Below are positions 9,315 to 19,767 of a stretch of DNA of 64,000 bases, one piece after another. The position numbers and the translations under genes were made by a program. This DNA comes from a virus (taxonomy: Duplodnaviria > Caudoviricetes), in IMG/VR virus record IMGVR_UViG_3300025706_000001, positions 64,868-128,867 of that record, one strand, 5' to 3'. The number at the start of each line of letters is the position of its first letter. Position 1 is the stretch's first letter. The notes beneath the pieces were generated by a model that made no database searches, was not told the DNA's origin, and saw only the letters and a program-made list of their open reading frames with translations.

Positions 9315-10330
9315 TACTCGCTCCGTCCAGTAATCAGGAAGTCATCGCCGGCCGCCGGCGCTTCAGTAAAGGCCGTCGCGACGGTCAAGACCTTTGTCGT
9401 GCCGTCGTAGTCGCTGATCTTGCGACTTTGCCCGGCTAACGCCCCGCTGTAGAAGACCACGAACGCGCCGTTGTAGTGGTCATTGCTCGCCTCTGCCAGA
9501 TCCGTCTCGAAAGCCGTCGCCGATGGGTCTGGGTCATCGTCGTCAACCACCGAGCCCGATGGTGTTCCGTCCAGCAGGGCCTTCATTTTGACAACGGCGT
9601 CCAGGCCGGTTGCCGAGAGGGCAAAGCCGGTTTTCGTGTTGACCTCAACCGATAGTTTTGTCGTTCCGCCAGCGTACCCTGTGCCGTCGAACATCAACTC
9701 TGCGTTGTCTGCAGCGGTCGCATCGTCGCTGACCGCTCTTATGTTCGCCTCCGGAATCTGCATCCCTTCGGGGAGATAGATTTTGTAGGTGTCGTCCGAG
9801 TCCGGCCCGCCGCTTACGTTCCAATCGGGCACCACAGCACACTGCTGATTGCTGGCCGTGCAGGCTCCGAGGATGCGGGCCTCGACGTTGCTGTCCACCG
9901 TCGCCACGCACAAGCAGCCGGAGAATTGATTGTTAAACAGCACCGTTCCGGCCGCAAGCGTGATGTACCCGGCCGCCCCGCCCTGAGCCGTGCCGCTGGC
10001 GAGTTCAACGAGCTTGCGGGGATAGAGTACAACGACCGTCGCCTTGCTCGTTGCCGATGCGATGTTGACCACGATGATGTCGCCGGTCATCTCCGCTGCG
10101 GTCAGCGTCAGGTAATACTGGCCCTTGTTCCCAGTAGTGGTGAACGGAATTTCCGTCCCCTCGTTCGTGCAATCGGCCCCCGTGTCACCATTCTTGGAGA
10201 CTTCGCTGTCACACGTCGCCCCGGTGACAGGATCGCCGTCAGCATCCAGGAGAGGAAAGACGATCGTGTAGGGAACTCCGTACACGGGATATGGGAGAGC
10301 ATTGTTCCGAAAGGCCGTGACTTCAGCCAT
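9314..10330 (-). CDS. Putative virion structural protein
   Basis: 338 aa, Thr/Asp/Gly-rich; YNG...SGALAGQSRKISDYDGTTK.LTV..AF..AP.AGD.F.I domain of the type seen in tail-associated proteins. Confidence 0.6.
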   Translation of the reverse strand: MAEVTAFRNNALPYPVYGVPYTIVFPLLDADGDPVTGATCDSEVSKNGDTGADCTNEGTEIPFTTTGNKGQYYLTLTAAEMTGDIIVVNIASATSKATVVVLYPRKLVELASGTAQGGAAGYITLAAGTVLFNNQFSGCLCVATVDSNVEARILGACTASNQQCAVVPDWNVSGGPDSDDTYKIYLPEGMQIPEANIRAVSDDATAADNAELMFDGTGYAGGTTKLSVEVNTKTGFALSATGLDAVVKMKALLDGTPSGSVVDDDDPDPSATAFETDLAEASNDHYNGAFVVFYSGALAGQSRKISDYDGTTKVLTVATAFTEAPAAGDDFLITGRSE

Positions 10331-11206
10331 CTACCATACTCCTCTATTGACTGCAGCATAGGGCACGCCGCCGAATCGCTTGATTGTCGGGTGGCCGGTG
10401 ACTATCGTCGGCTTGTAACTTAGCGGTGCGCGATGCCGGAACATCGCAGCGCCGCAGTCGTACAGATTGCGAATCTCGTTTGGCGTCAGACCACGAGACC
10501 ACGCAGTCCAGCCGGCTGAATAAACGTTGCTTAATCCGTTTCCACCGGTGGCACGGCAACCGATCGCAAGATTCCCTGCGATCCTCGGAGTAGTCGTGTA
10601 GCCATTTAGTTGCTCGATAGATTGGGCCACCGCGTCAACGTAAATGACCGTCGAACTCGCTGCGGCAGTCCAGGTGATGACGACGTGATGCCACGAATTA
10701 TTGAACAGCGAATTGGTCGCTGCTTCCGAAATTTGGATGTACCCCTGACCTGTATCGGAAGACGCATTGTACGGCCAGACGCCGAACCGTGCTCCGTAGT
10801 TGTACAGGCCAACCACACCAGCCAATTCGTTGCCCGACGAGTACAGGTCTGCGATTGAACCATCGGCGTTTGGGTCCGCGCAACGCAACCAGAAGGCTAC
10901 GGCGCCGCTTGTAGACTCTGCGATGGACGGTCCGCCGCTTACGATTCGCTGGTTCGCGGCAGTGACCTTAACGCATATCTCGCTGGGAACTCTCTCACAA
11001 TTCCCGCCGTCGCACGAGAGGAAAGAGGGGGCGTTTGTCAGTGCTCCATTTCGCTTGCCGGCTCCGATCTCCAGCAGTGTGCCAGCCGGCCCAACGTAGC
11101 CCGGCCAACACGCCACAAGCCCACGCCACAGTGACGGCGCAGTCGTGTCCTGACCGAGCGATAGCCCGGCACGGATGCAGTCAGAGCGTGTTGGCTTCCA
11201 TCGCAT
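10331..11206 (-). CDS. LamG/concanavalin A-like domain protein
   Basis: VAFWLR, NNSWHHVVITW, IYVDAV, LAIG, WSRGLTPNEIRNLY. Confidence 0.8.
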   Translation of the reverse strand: MRWKPTRSDCIRAGLSLGQDTTAPSLWRGLVACWPGYVGPAGTLLEIGAGKRNGALTNAPSFLSCDGGNCERVPSEICVKVTAANQRIVSGGPSIAESTSGAVAFWLRCADPNADGSIADLYSSGNELAGVVGLYNYGARFGVWPYNASSDTGQGYIQISEAATNSLFNNSWHHVVITWTAAASSTVIYVDAVAQSIEQLNGYTTTPRIAGNLAIGCRATGGNGLSNVYSAGWTAWSRGLTPNEIRNLYDCGAAMFRHRAPLSYKPTIVTGHPTIKRFGGVPYAAVNRGVW

Positions 11207-11778
11207 TACTGGGCTTCATCAACGGTTGGCACCAAGACGAAGTGGTTCTCCACGTCGTCGTTCTCCAGTGCATCCCCGGCGTTATCCACGACGATCAGTT
11301 GGCCGTATCGCGTAGGCGGGTACAGGTCGCCCACGTAGCCATTCTGCACGCTGGCCCCGTCATGGACGATCAGGCTACCGATGTAGATGCACTGCTTCAA
11401 AAACTCGGCCAACGTGATTGATCCGAGAGCCCCATCCGGACATGCGGCATCTGCTCCACTGTTGCCCGCTACGTTGCCGTTTCCAGCCGTCGCGTTGCCG
11501 CTCGGAGCCCAGTAGAAATCGAACGTCGCTCCGACAGTGGGGGTCTCGCCGGTAAAATCGACAGCAGCAAACAGCGAATAGCGACGTGCCCGCGTGGCTC
11601 CAAGATCCGCCTTCGCTGATTGCCGCCCTGCTCCGTTTGCGAGCGACGCACAGGTGATCGCATAGTCGATCGTCGTCAGGTCCGGCACCCAGTTGGTCCC
11701 ATCGTCGGCGGGATTGAACGACCCCGACACGCCGAACGACACTGCCGTGCCTTGCTTTTGTAAAATTTCGCTGGCCAT
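11206..11778 (-). CDS. Putative structural protein
   Basis: SLANGAGRQSAKADLG...; translationally coupled. Confidence 0.6.
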   Translation of the reverse strand: MASEILQKQGTAVSFGVSGSFNPADDGTNWVPDLTTIDYAITCASLANGAGRQSAKADLGATRARRYSLFAAVDFTGETPTVGATFDFYWAPSGNATAGNGNVAGNSGADAACPDGALGSITLAEFLKQCIYIGSLIVHDGASVQNGYVGDLYPPTRYGQLIVVDNAGDALENDDVENHFVLVPTVDEAQ

Positions 11779-12269
11779 TACATGCCTCCCAATCGTCGGG
11801 CATCTTCGACGGCCCCCGGCGTCACCGTTCCGATTCCGAGTTCCGTTGCCCGGCTGACCGTTTGTTCTCCGAGACTTTTGAATTGTGCTACATCTTGGGC
11901 CGTGATCGCCCCCGCTTCTGCGAGAGCATCCATGATTGCTCGCGTCGATGGATGCCCGGCATCAATTCCTTCCTCACTCGGCCGCATCCAACCGATTGCC
12001 CGCTTGACGATGCTTCCAAGTGGAGTCCCGCTTGCTGCGACGGTCTCCAACTTCACGAGAAACGTATTTGCCGCAATCGGATCTCCGTTCCAGTCGGCGA
12101 GCACATCTCTTTCGTTGACGCGATTGGACATCAACACAACGCGATCGGCGTGATTGAGGCTCGCCGCAGCTACCTCTGCATTCATCGCGGCATATCCGCG
12201 ACTTAGCGGGTCAGTTCGTAATTCAGTAATCAGCCTATCCATATCATTGCTTTCTGTCGCCGGACCCAA
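11778..12269 (-). CDS. Hypothetical phage protein
   Basis: ELRTDPLSRGY...VSRATELGIG.V. Confidence 0.6.
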   Translation of the reverse strand: MGPATESNDMDRLITELRTDPLSRGYAAMNAEVAAASLNHADRVVLMSNRVNERDVLADWNGDPIAANTFLVKLETVAASGTPLGSIVKRAIGWMRPSEEGIDAGHPSTRAIMDALAEAGAITAQDVAQFKSLGEQTVSRATELGIGTVTPGAVEDARRLGGM

Positions 12270-12478
12270 GGACCGAGCGCGTAGATGAAATTTGCCATTC
12301 CTATTCCGTGTCCGTCTCCGTGTCGTCGAGTAACGCCTCCGCTGCCGCCTTCAGGATCGCACACAACACACGCCGGCGGTCCCTGCCTTGCAATCGTCGC
12401 TTCACGGCCGCGACTGTATCAAGCCCATTGCGGGCCAACATACGAGCCGCTTCTTCGGGGTCTGACTGCCCGTACACC

Positions 12479-12895
12479 TCATACCGGCGTCCCGTGCAAG
12501 CAGGTTTCCAGCGCGAACCACGCGTCGTTGTATTCGCCCATTGCGACCATATACGTGGTGACGATCTGCTGATAAACCGGCAACGGCATATAGCCGCCGC
12601 TGGCGAGGATCCTGTCGGCCCTCAGCAACTTATCAGCCGCGTCGGCGAGAATGAACCACGCTATCATCTCCGAGTACGCCTGTTGCCAGCACGGCGCGCC
12701 GTAGGACGGATATTCGCTGCTGTGCGGCGGGTTGTACCCGCTGGCAAATCTGAGCCCATTGTGTTTCGCTAGGCCCAGCTTGGCGCTCCCCTTTCGCAGT
12801 TTCCGCAACGCACGATTGTACGCCGCCCTATCGGCCGTCACCGGCTTTTTCTCGCAGCAGGCCGCGCATCGTTTCGTAGTCTTCTTTCGTGCCAT
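12479..12895 (-). CDS. Hypothetical protein
   Basis: ORF with AAGG RBS in the operon. Confidence 0.45.
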   Translation of the reverse strand: MARKKTTKRCAACCEKKPVTADRAAYNRALRKLRKGSAKLGLAKHNGLRFASGYNPPHSSEYPSYGAPCWQQAYSEMIAWFILADAADKLLRADRILASGGYMPLPVYQQIVTTYMVAMGEYNDAWFALETCLHGTPV

Positions 12896-12913
12896 GTTCG
12901 TTCAGCCTTTCAA

Positions 12914-13333
12914 TCAGCCGCTCGATCCGCTCCCTGGTACTACAGGGGTCTGTCGGTCGTTTTTTCGTGATGCCTCCGTATCTCGCAACGCCTGTACAAG
13001 TTCCGTTATTGCTCTGCGAAGTTCGGTAAGTTCGGCTTTGATTTCCAGCCGTTCGGCATGCGCGGCGTCGGTCTTCAGCCGCATGTATTCCGCGTTGATT
13101 CGCGAGTCATCACGGATCTGGGCGGCAATCGCCGGCAGTTCCTGCGCACACTTCGTCCAAGCCACGAGCACGTTGTTCGCCGTCGCGCTCGTATCCTGGT
13201 TGCTTTCGCGAACGAGGTAAATGAGTGCGGCGCAAATCACCACGAGAGCAGATAACACACCGAGCGACAGTACCCATTTGAGCGCGGCGGATGCGGTTGC
13301 TTCGTCAGTTAGTTTCTTAATCATGGTGAGCAT
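12914..13333 (-). CDS. Single-TM protein with a coiled-coil tail (holin/spanin-like candidate)
   Basis: Hydrophobic WVLSLGVLSALVVICAALIYLV followed by a coiled coil. Confidence 0.45.
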   Translation of the reverse strand: MLTMIKKLTDEATASAALKWVLSLGVLSALVVICAALIYLVRESNQDTSATANNVLVAWTKCAQELPAIAAQIRDDSRINAEYMRLKTDAAHAERLEIKAELTELRRAITELVQALRDTEASRKNDRQTPVVPGSGSSG

Positions 13334-13926
13334 CTTTCTACCCCGAAATTCACTTGTTTGGAATCACGTATGATTTTTCCGCCTTCGCATAGCGGACGAT
13401 CGGCTGATAGTGTCGCTCTTTTCCGCCGTCGTGCCCGATGTACACGTTGCCGAACGGTTCCCACTGCGGCAGATACCCGCGCACCGCTTCGGCGAGTTCA
13501 AACGCGTGATCCGGTCGCTCATATCCAACGCTCCTCTCTGCATCCGCACCCGGTGCACCAGCGATGCAGCAGCCTATGTACCGGGTGCCGCAGCCAGCGC
13601 GTCCATGTCGGCCTTCGTTTGCATAAGCATGTCATTCCTGCACTCCCTCTCCGTGATGCACTGTGCCAACGTTTTCTTCCACGGGGTGCCATTCCAGCCA
13701 ATCGACCGTTCCGCGCGGGAAAAACGCCTCGACGTACAGGGCATCGCCAACTGTCACAGCGTGATGGTAAGCCTCTGTACCGAGCGGACAAACGGCGATG
13801 CCAGTGTATCTGACGCCGAAAACCACCCCGCGCCCGTTCCACCGCGGCCCGGTGATCGTCACCTTGTGCCCGTCAACGACGATGTGGATTCGCTCCGCAC
13901 GGTTGCCGTTATGATACACGTCATAG

Positions 13927-14646
13927 TCACCTGTCCGCATTGCATGCCTCCTTGATGAACCGTGCAACGATTTCGGGCAGTCCTGACCGTCCGGCCAATA
14001 CTGCCCGCCTTCCGGTATCCGCCAGCGTTTGCACTCGTTCACTGAGTTCAGGCCCAGCCTCTCGCTCGGCAACTCGGACTGCGATTCGTCGCACAAGGCG
14101 GCAGCGGTCTCCGGGGAGGTCAATAATCGCTGAGCACTGTAGCGAGATTCGCGTCTCGGTATTTCGTCTAAAGGCATGTCCATCGTCTTTGGCCTCCAGC
14201 GTAAGCACCGCGCACCGTACCCGTGGATCTCCCAGCGGGGGGCCGATCACGACCCGCACCCTGACTCGCCCGTTGGTGACGGTATCAACGACCCGCACGC
14301 TATGGCCTCGGACGGTAGCCGTGGTTGTTCGCTCGATCGTGCCGGCTTCATCCCAGAGGACGAAACCAGCGAGTCGTCGTAGAGATGCGAGAATGCCGAG
14401 GCGGGCGACGGGTTGGCCGTCGATTGTGAGCGAGGTATCAACACGTCCCACCTCTTCCATCCATCCCGCTCCGTTACGTTGGTTGCGTTCATGCACAACT
14501 CCCGTTATCGCTTCCAACGCGAGTACCGCAATCGGCCGCTCGCTCGTGATTGTGGTTCCCCGGCTGGCAACGTAGTCCCAAGCCCGCGCGTCGCAGGTAC
14601 AAGAGAGACAGATTCCGGCGAGTAGGCTAAGCAGCATCCAACGCAC
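13927..14646 (-). CDS. Hypothetical exported protein
   Basis: N-terminal signal-like MRWMLLSLLAGICLSC. Confidence 0.45.
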   Translation of the reverse strand: MRWMLLSLLAGICLSCTCDARAWDYVASRGTTITSERPIAVLALEAITGVVHERNQRNGAGWMEEVGRVDTSLTIDGQPVARLGILASLRRLAGFVLWDEAGTIERTTTATVRGHSVRVVDTVTNGRVRVRVVIGPPLGDPRVRCAVLTLEAKDDGHAFRRNTETRISLQCSAIIDLPGDRCRLVRRIAVRVAEREAGPELSERVQTLADTGRRAVLAGRSGLPEIVARFIKEACNADR

Positions 14647-14841
14647 GTTTCACCGCCAACCCCGACGCAACCCAGCGCGCCGATTCTTGTGCCCCTTGTG
14701 TCTCCCAGATTGCTAACGCCTTTCGAGCGAACCGGATTTCTTTTGCCATCTCGGCTGAGTCGATGTCGTGGGCCTCGCTGGCGTCCAGGATGTTGCGGCA
14801 CATTTCGATCAGCCGCTTTTCGAGTCGCGTTCTTTCGGTCA

Positions 14842-15873
14842 TCAATACGTCTGGCATCCTACCCTCGCTGTTACGCCCTTGGAATCCTGGATCGTCACGT
14901 TACTGACCTGGTTGCTTCCGTCCGTCTTGTCAGACGTGACGGGCGTTGTCCAGCCGCGTTGAATCAGAGCATCTGTCACCGTGCAATAGCTGGTCTGTAC
15001 CCCGCTGTTGTCCTTTCCGAAGAAGACCTGCGGCCCTGTCGGCTTCTCTTTCTCATAGCCGATTGTCAGACCGTCAATCAGGCAATGCGTGGCCCCCGTG
15101 AAACCGACTGCCGCCGCTCCGCCATCAGGCTTGATTGCGCAGTCGCGAACAGAAAGGCCGAAGAACGAGATCGCGTAGGGGGCGAATCCGGCGCCTGTCG
15201 ATGTCCCGGCGTCGATGGCTACCCCAGCGTCATTGCATTCGCTGACCGTCGTATCGAAAAACGTGACGTGGTGCGGCTGCTTCCACCCGACCCCGCCTGA
15301 TCCGCTGCCATATACCCAGATTCCGATTCCGTAGAGCTTCTTCGACGTGCGGTAGATCCGGTGGACAGACAGCCCACGAAACTCACAGTAGGACGTAAGA
15401 CGATGCTGCAGCCAGACGCCTCGGCCTGTGAACTGCTCCACTCTCACGTTCTCGACCTGCGCCTCCTGCGCCGCGTGAAGACAGAGCCCGATGTCATTGG
15501 CCGTCGCTGAGTATCCCCGGCCTCTGATCGTCAGGTTGGCAATGCGGCTCCCGACGGTGTCGAGAATCAGGACGCAAACCCGACTCCCATCGACCAGCGT
15601 CCCACCCGCCCCGCTGTCCAGAATCACTGTTGCGGCCCGGTCCTCTCCAACGAGGTTAGTCCCAGCGGCAAGCTGAATTTGGGACACGCGGTAGGTTCCG
15701 GCTGGCACGCGGACCAGTTTGCCGGCTGCGATCGCCGCTTGGAACGCGGCCGTATCATCGACGCTGCCGTCACCTACGGCACCGAAGTCCTTGACAGTTT
15801 GGCCGTGGCAAAAAGCAATGGCTACCAGCCAACCGAAAACAAAACACGCCAACATGAACGCGAACCGTCTCAT
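14842..15873 (-). CDS. Pectate lyase 3-like right-handed beta-helix protein with a signal peptide
   Basis: VKDFGAVGDGSVDDTAAFQAAI...VPAGTY motif. Confidence 0.85.
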   Translation of the reverse strand: MRRFAFMLACFVFGWLVAIAFCHGQTVKDFGAVGDGSVDDTAAFQAAIAAGKLVRVPAGTYRVSQIQLAAGTNLVGEDRAATVILDSGAGGTLVDGSRVCVLILDTVGSRIANLTIRGRGYSATANDIGLCLHAAQEAQVENVRVEQFTGRGVWLQHRLTSYCEFRGLSVHRIYRTSKKLYGIGIWVYGSGSGGVGWKQPHHVTFFDTTVSECNDAGVAIDAGTSTGAGFAPYAISFFGLSVRDCAIKPDGGAAAVGFTGATHCLIDGLTIGYEKEKPTGPQVFFGKDNSGVQTSYCTVTDALIQRGWTTPVTSDKTDGSNQVSNVTIQDSKGVTARVGCQTY

Positions 15874-17225
15874 CGCACCGTCTCCAATCCTGTTGAGCAG
15901 AAACCTTCTTCAGCCAGCCGCTGCTTGGCGACCTTGCCATATTTTTCGTTGGCTGCCATCGCCATGATCGTCGCCGTGTGGTTTTTCGTCAGTTCCCAAG
16001 TACGGGCGCTGGCAGCCTTAATCGCAGCATCGCTGTAGACAAACTCGGAACACGTAGCCAAGCATTCTCGGAAGTGCTCCAGACACTCGAATCCCTCCGG
16101 GACGAAGGTAGCGTCCACGAAGTCGTAGTTGCCCCAGTCATGCGGGAACGCCGTGTAGAGCAGCCGATCATCTTTGTACAGCCGGTCGAACAGGCGCGTG
16201 CCAGGCAGAGGGGTGAGAACCGTAATCTGCCAGCAGTCTACGCCGCTCGCGTGGACAGCTCGCATCCGGTACATCATGGACTCTGGCGTGTCAGTCTCCA
16301 GCCCTAAGATGAAGAAGCCAAGCACCGCCATGCCAGCCTTCTGGACACGGCTGAAGTCGTAGACGAACTTACGGTTGAGCGTCTTGCGAACGCTGGCCAA
16401 GCCTGCGGAGTCGTTGGCCTCGATGCCGATCATTACCAGCCGACAACCTGCTGCAAACATGGCCTCCAGAACTTGGTCGTCGGTCGTCACGTTGATCGAG
16501 CACTGACACATCCAAGGCTTGTTGAAGCCGGATGATGTCATCTGCCGCAGCATGGCCAGGGTCTCAGTCCGGTCTCGCTCGCCATAACCGATCAGGTTGT
16601 CATCGACGAAGAAGATGCCACGGTTTTCGACGACTGACAGGTCCTGCAAAGTCCGCTCCGGTAGTTGACGGCGAATCGTGTGGCCGCTGAATAGCGGGAC
16701 AGAGCAGAAGTCGCAGGACATCGGACAGCCCCGGCTCACTTGGATGCTGCCATAGCGATAGCGGCTGTCGAGAACAGACCTGTTAGGGAGGGCAAAATCG
16801 GACTCGTGAACCAGTCCGCCCATATAGAACGATTTCAATTGATGAGAGCGAGTGAAGTCGTTGAGCAGTTGTGGCCAAACTACGTCCGCTTCTCGGAGAA
16901 CGACCGAATCAAAGTAGCGGATTGCCTCATGCTGACAAGCAAGGGCATGAACGCCACCAAGCACCGTAGGGATGCCCTCGTGGCGGTAGAAAGCTGACAA
17001 CTCGTAGGCGCGAGGGATGGATGAAGTGAAAGCAGTCAAACCGACGAGATCCACGTCCGTGCGCATAGTGGCCGGCGTCCAGTTCTCATCCTCGACGATC
17101 ACTTCCCAATCGTCAGGTGTCACGCCCGCGAGCGTCGCCAGAGACAGGGGCTGAAAATAGCCCCCGTTGTGCAGGTTGAGCCCTGCACGGCGAGACGATC
17201 GCGGGTTAATGAGCAACAGACGCAT
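15870..17225 (-). CDS. B12-binding domain radical SAM protein
   Basis: MRLLLINP, PLSLATLA, DLVGLT, VLGGVHA (cobalamin domain); SRGCPMSCDFC (CxxxCxxC); FFVDDN; GIE; TPLPGTRL. Confidence 0.9.
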   Translation of the reverse strand: MRLLLINPRSSRRAGLNLHNGGYFQPLSLATLAGVTPDDWEVIVEDENWTPATMRTDVDLVGLTAFTSSIPRAYELSAFYRHEGIPTVLGGVHALACQHEAIRYFDSVVLREADVVWPQLLNDFTRSHQLKSFYMGGLVHESDFALPNRSVLDSRYRYGSIQVSRGCPMSCDFCSVPLFSGHTIRRQLPERTLQDLSVVENRGIFFVDDNLIGYGERDRTETLAMLRQMTSSGFNKPWMCQCSINVTTDDQVLEAMFAAGCRLVMIGIEANDSAGLASVRKTLNRKFVYDFSRVQKAGMAVLGFFILGLETDTPESMMYRMRAVHASGVDCWQITVLTPLPGTRLFDRLYKDDRLLYTAFPHDWGNYDFVDATFVPEGFECLEHFRECLATCSEFVYSDAAIKAASARTWELTKNHTATIMAMAANEKYGKVAKQRLAEEGFCSTGLETVR

Positions 17226-17497
17226 TAGTCCACTCCCCAGGGGGCACAGATCACGTCCCAGACCCAATCAAACAGGCTGACCGGCTCGACGATGACGCCA
17301 GTCTCAATCTCGTCCAATCCCTCCCCGACGTACCAGTTGGCTTCGGGGATCGGGAGCCCTTCGGGACTCGTCCACAGGCCGGAATCGTCTCGCATGATCG
17401 GGGCCGATGGGGTGCCGATCTGGTCTTGACCGAGGGCGATGCCAGCCAAGCCGAAAAGCAGGACGACGTACAGCAATGTCTTCACGATTCGCCTCAT
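17225..17497 (-). CDS. Small exported protein
   Basis: Signal peptide MRRIVKTLLYVVLLFGLAGIALG. Confidence 0.5.
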   Translation of the reverse strand: MRRIVKTLLYVVLLFGLAGIALGQDQIGTPSAPIMRDDSGLWTSPEGLPIPEANWYVGEGLDEIETGVIVEPVSLFDWVWDVICAPWGVD

Positions 17498-18345
17498 TTG
17501 ACCTCCCAGGGTGGTAAGACCACCGAACAGGCGCAGTGAGCCCCGTAGCGGCTCGCGCCGGTGCCATAAGCAGATGGAGAATCGAGTCCGTAAGCCTGGA
17601 TTCCGTGCAAGGTCTCACCCCACGCGCCCCAAGAATTGACGTACACAACATAGATCGTATTGCTCTTGAGAGCCAACCGCACGGCGAGGATGCTATGCCC
17701 TGACCGACCGTAGTGGACAGGCCAGCCGTGGCAGAGGGCCGTTAAGAAACCCTGAGCTGAGTCGATCTCGTAGGACTCCTGGATCTTGAACCAGTCGGCC
17801 GTCGCCTCCCAGCCAGTCTGGTAGAGCGACTTACTGTAACCGACTGGACGCATGAACTTGGCGGACGCGGCGTACTGACCCATGATCGCGCGGGCTTCCG
17901 GCGTGTCGATCGGCAAGCTACCTACGTCCTGCTGCTGCTCCAGGCAGTCGCCAACGGATGAACCTGTGTTCGGCCCCGGAGCGATTTTCATGTAGATGCT
18001 GATCGGCGACTGAGGAACAACGCGGTGCTTGCCGAACTGACGAGCCGCGACCACGTTGTACTTCTGGGCACCGGCGTTACAGGTACAAGTACCCTCTCCG
18101 TCTTGGTCGTAGCGGTGGACGATCAGCCGGTCAAGGTTGCCGTCCTGCTCGTCTTGCACCTTAATGAAATCTTTGATCTCCGCATCGGTCATCAGCGGGA
18201 AGGCTTCCTCAAACGCAGGAGCCTTGAACGTGGTCATCGTCGGTTCAGTAGCACCAAGCATCCGGCCTTCAGGGACTACGGCACGGAAGTCGATATCCAG
18301 CCACTTGTCGGACCACGTTTGAAAGATAGGGCTCTCATAGGTCAT
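17494..18345 (-). CDS. Papain-like (C1) cysteine peptidase
   Basis: DQDGEGTC (Gln/Cys), GHSIL (His), VNSWG.WG (Asn). Confidence 0.8.
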   Translation of the reverse strand: MTYESPIFQTWSDKWLDIDFRAVVPEGRMLGATEPTMTTFKAPAFEEAFPLMTDAEIKDFIKVQDEQDGNLDRLIVHRYDQDGEGTCTCNAGAQKYNVVAARQFGKHRVVPQSPISIYMKIAPGPNTGSSVGDCLEQQQDVGSLPIDTPEARAIMGQYAASAKFMRPVGYSKSLYQTGWEATADWFKIQESYEIDSAQGFLTALCHGWPVHYGRSGHSILAVRLALKSNTIYVVYVNSWGAWGETLHGIQAYGLDSPSAYGTGASRYGAHCACSVVLPPWEVK

Positions 18346-19193
18346 AGTCCAGCCTCCTTCAGTTTCGCGGTGATAGCTTCAATCGTCGTAGGCAAGTCAA
18401 CGACGCTTACGACCGAGCCACCCGCGTTGAACAGGACGAGGGCTGGAAGTTGCCGGCCGGCTGCTGCTTGGACGGCTGCATTGACCCGTGGCACAGTCTC
18501 CCCCTTCTGTCCCTTCGCGTCCTTGTCCAGGATCTGGAGCTTCTTGCTCAGACTCTCGTCGTCCCTGATCTTCAGTAGCAGGAGGTTCTGGGCCGGCGTC
18601 ATCTTCTGGGATTCGTACAGGATCATCGCCGAGACCGCCGTTGGAGTCGGCGGTGGAGGAGGGGGGACCGGCCCACCTCCTAATTGAGCCTGCGCGATGC
18701 GGTACGCTGCCAAGGCGTCGGCGAACGTCATGGGGGCAACCAGGGCGATCATTCCGTCTGTCCAAGGCTTCCATGCCGCCGTCTTGCCTGTTGTGGACAA
18801 GATCACTGCCTCAGACCCTTGGATGATCGCCCGCAGGGTCAGCACATCCTTGATGGTGCCGCTCTCCGCGAACCTGATCTGGGCAGCATAGGTGTCCCCC
18901 AAGGAAGCCGATGTCTTGGCCTTGTCGGCATCGTTCACCGCCTGCAGAAAGCCCTTGATCTTGCTCGTTACGTCAGGGACAGGCGGGGGAGGGATGGGGC
19001 CAGAGCCAACCTCGAACAGAACTGTCTTAGTCAGCACCGGTTCGCCGTTGACAAAGCCGACGCTGACCTGCCAGTATTTGCCTTGAGCCAGGGGTTGACC
19101 ATCAGGGCCAATGAAGAGCGTTGTAAGGTCCGCCGCTTGCCCCACCGTTGCCAGCAGGGCCAGGAGCAGAACTGCCAGCAGTCGTGGTCTCAT
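18342..19193 (-). CDS. Exported protein with poly-Pro linkers
   Basis: Signal peptide; GPIPPPPVP and GPVPPPPPPTP linkers. Confidence 0.65.
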   Translation of the reverse strand: MRPRLLAVLLLALLATVGQAADLTTLFIGPDGQPLAQGKYWQVSVGFVNGEPVLTKTVLFEVGSGPIPPPPVPDVTSKIKGFLQAVNDADKAKTSASLGDTYAAQIRFAESGTIKDVLTLRAIIQGSEAVILSTTGKTAAWKPWTDGMIALVAPMTFADALAAYRIAQAQLGGGPVPPPPPPTPTAVSAMILYESQKMTPAQNLLLLKIRDDESLSKKLQILDKDAKGQKGETVPRVNAAVQAAAGRQLPALVLFNAGGSVVSVVDLPTTIEAITAKLKEAGL

Positions 19194-19234
19194 GACAGTG
19201 CCTCCATTTCCACAGAGTTGCGTGGCCGGGAAGG

Positions 19235-19618
19235 TCACTTCGAGAACAGGCTGATGACGATGTTGATGATCTCCGGCAGGTGAGACAGCAGAGCCTCGAA
19301 GAAGCTCTTGCCGTTCTTGATGTCGTTGATAATCGCAATCACCAGGGGGATAGCCACCGGGATGATCTTCAGGATGATCTCGATGAACGACGCGCTGAAC
19401 TTGCCGGTCACCAGGACTTCGCCCGTGGCAAGGTCGATGCCGACGTTCGTCGCGCCTTGCCCTCGCAGGGCTTCGATCACGCCGGGCAGGGCTGCCGAGA
19501 AATCCTGCGCCCCGGCCGAGGCGAACACACCAGCGTCCAGCCCGACGATGCGGATGGAGTTCTCCGTCGCTTGGACTAACACACTGTTACCACCGGCTTG
19601 AAATCTTGCTTCTGCCAT
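19235..19618 (-). CDS. Membrane protein (holin candidate)
   Basis: Hydrophobic C-terminal helices; GAGG RBS; first gene of the block. Confidence 0.55.
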   Translation of the reverse strand: MAEARFQAGGNSVLVQATENSIRIVGLDAGVFASAGAQDFSAALPGVIEALRGQGATNVGIDLATGEVLVTGKFSASFIEIILKIIPVAIPLVIAIINDIKNGKSFFEALLSHLPEIINIVISLFSK

Positions 19619-19718
19619 ACTGCACCTCTCTTTGAGTTTGCCCCGCCCTCACTTCCGCCGAGGCGGCGAGCAGCGGGGGCGAATACGAAACGCACCCACA
19701 AATCTCCTAATGCGATGG

Positions 19719-19749
19719 ATTATAACCGCTAAAGACATTGGCATGTCAA
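19719..19749 (-). promoter_or_regulatory. Candidate sigma70 promoter for the leftward block
   Basis: TTGACA-19 bp-TATAAT on the minus strand (long spacer). Confidence 0.4.
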
Positions 19750-19767
19750 GGCCGAAATACAGAAATG

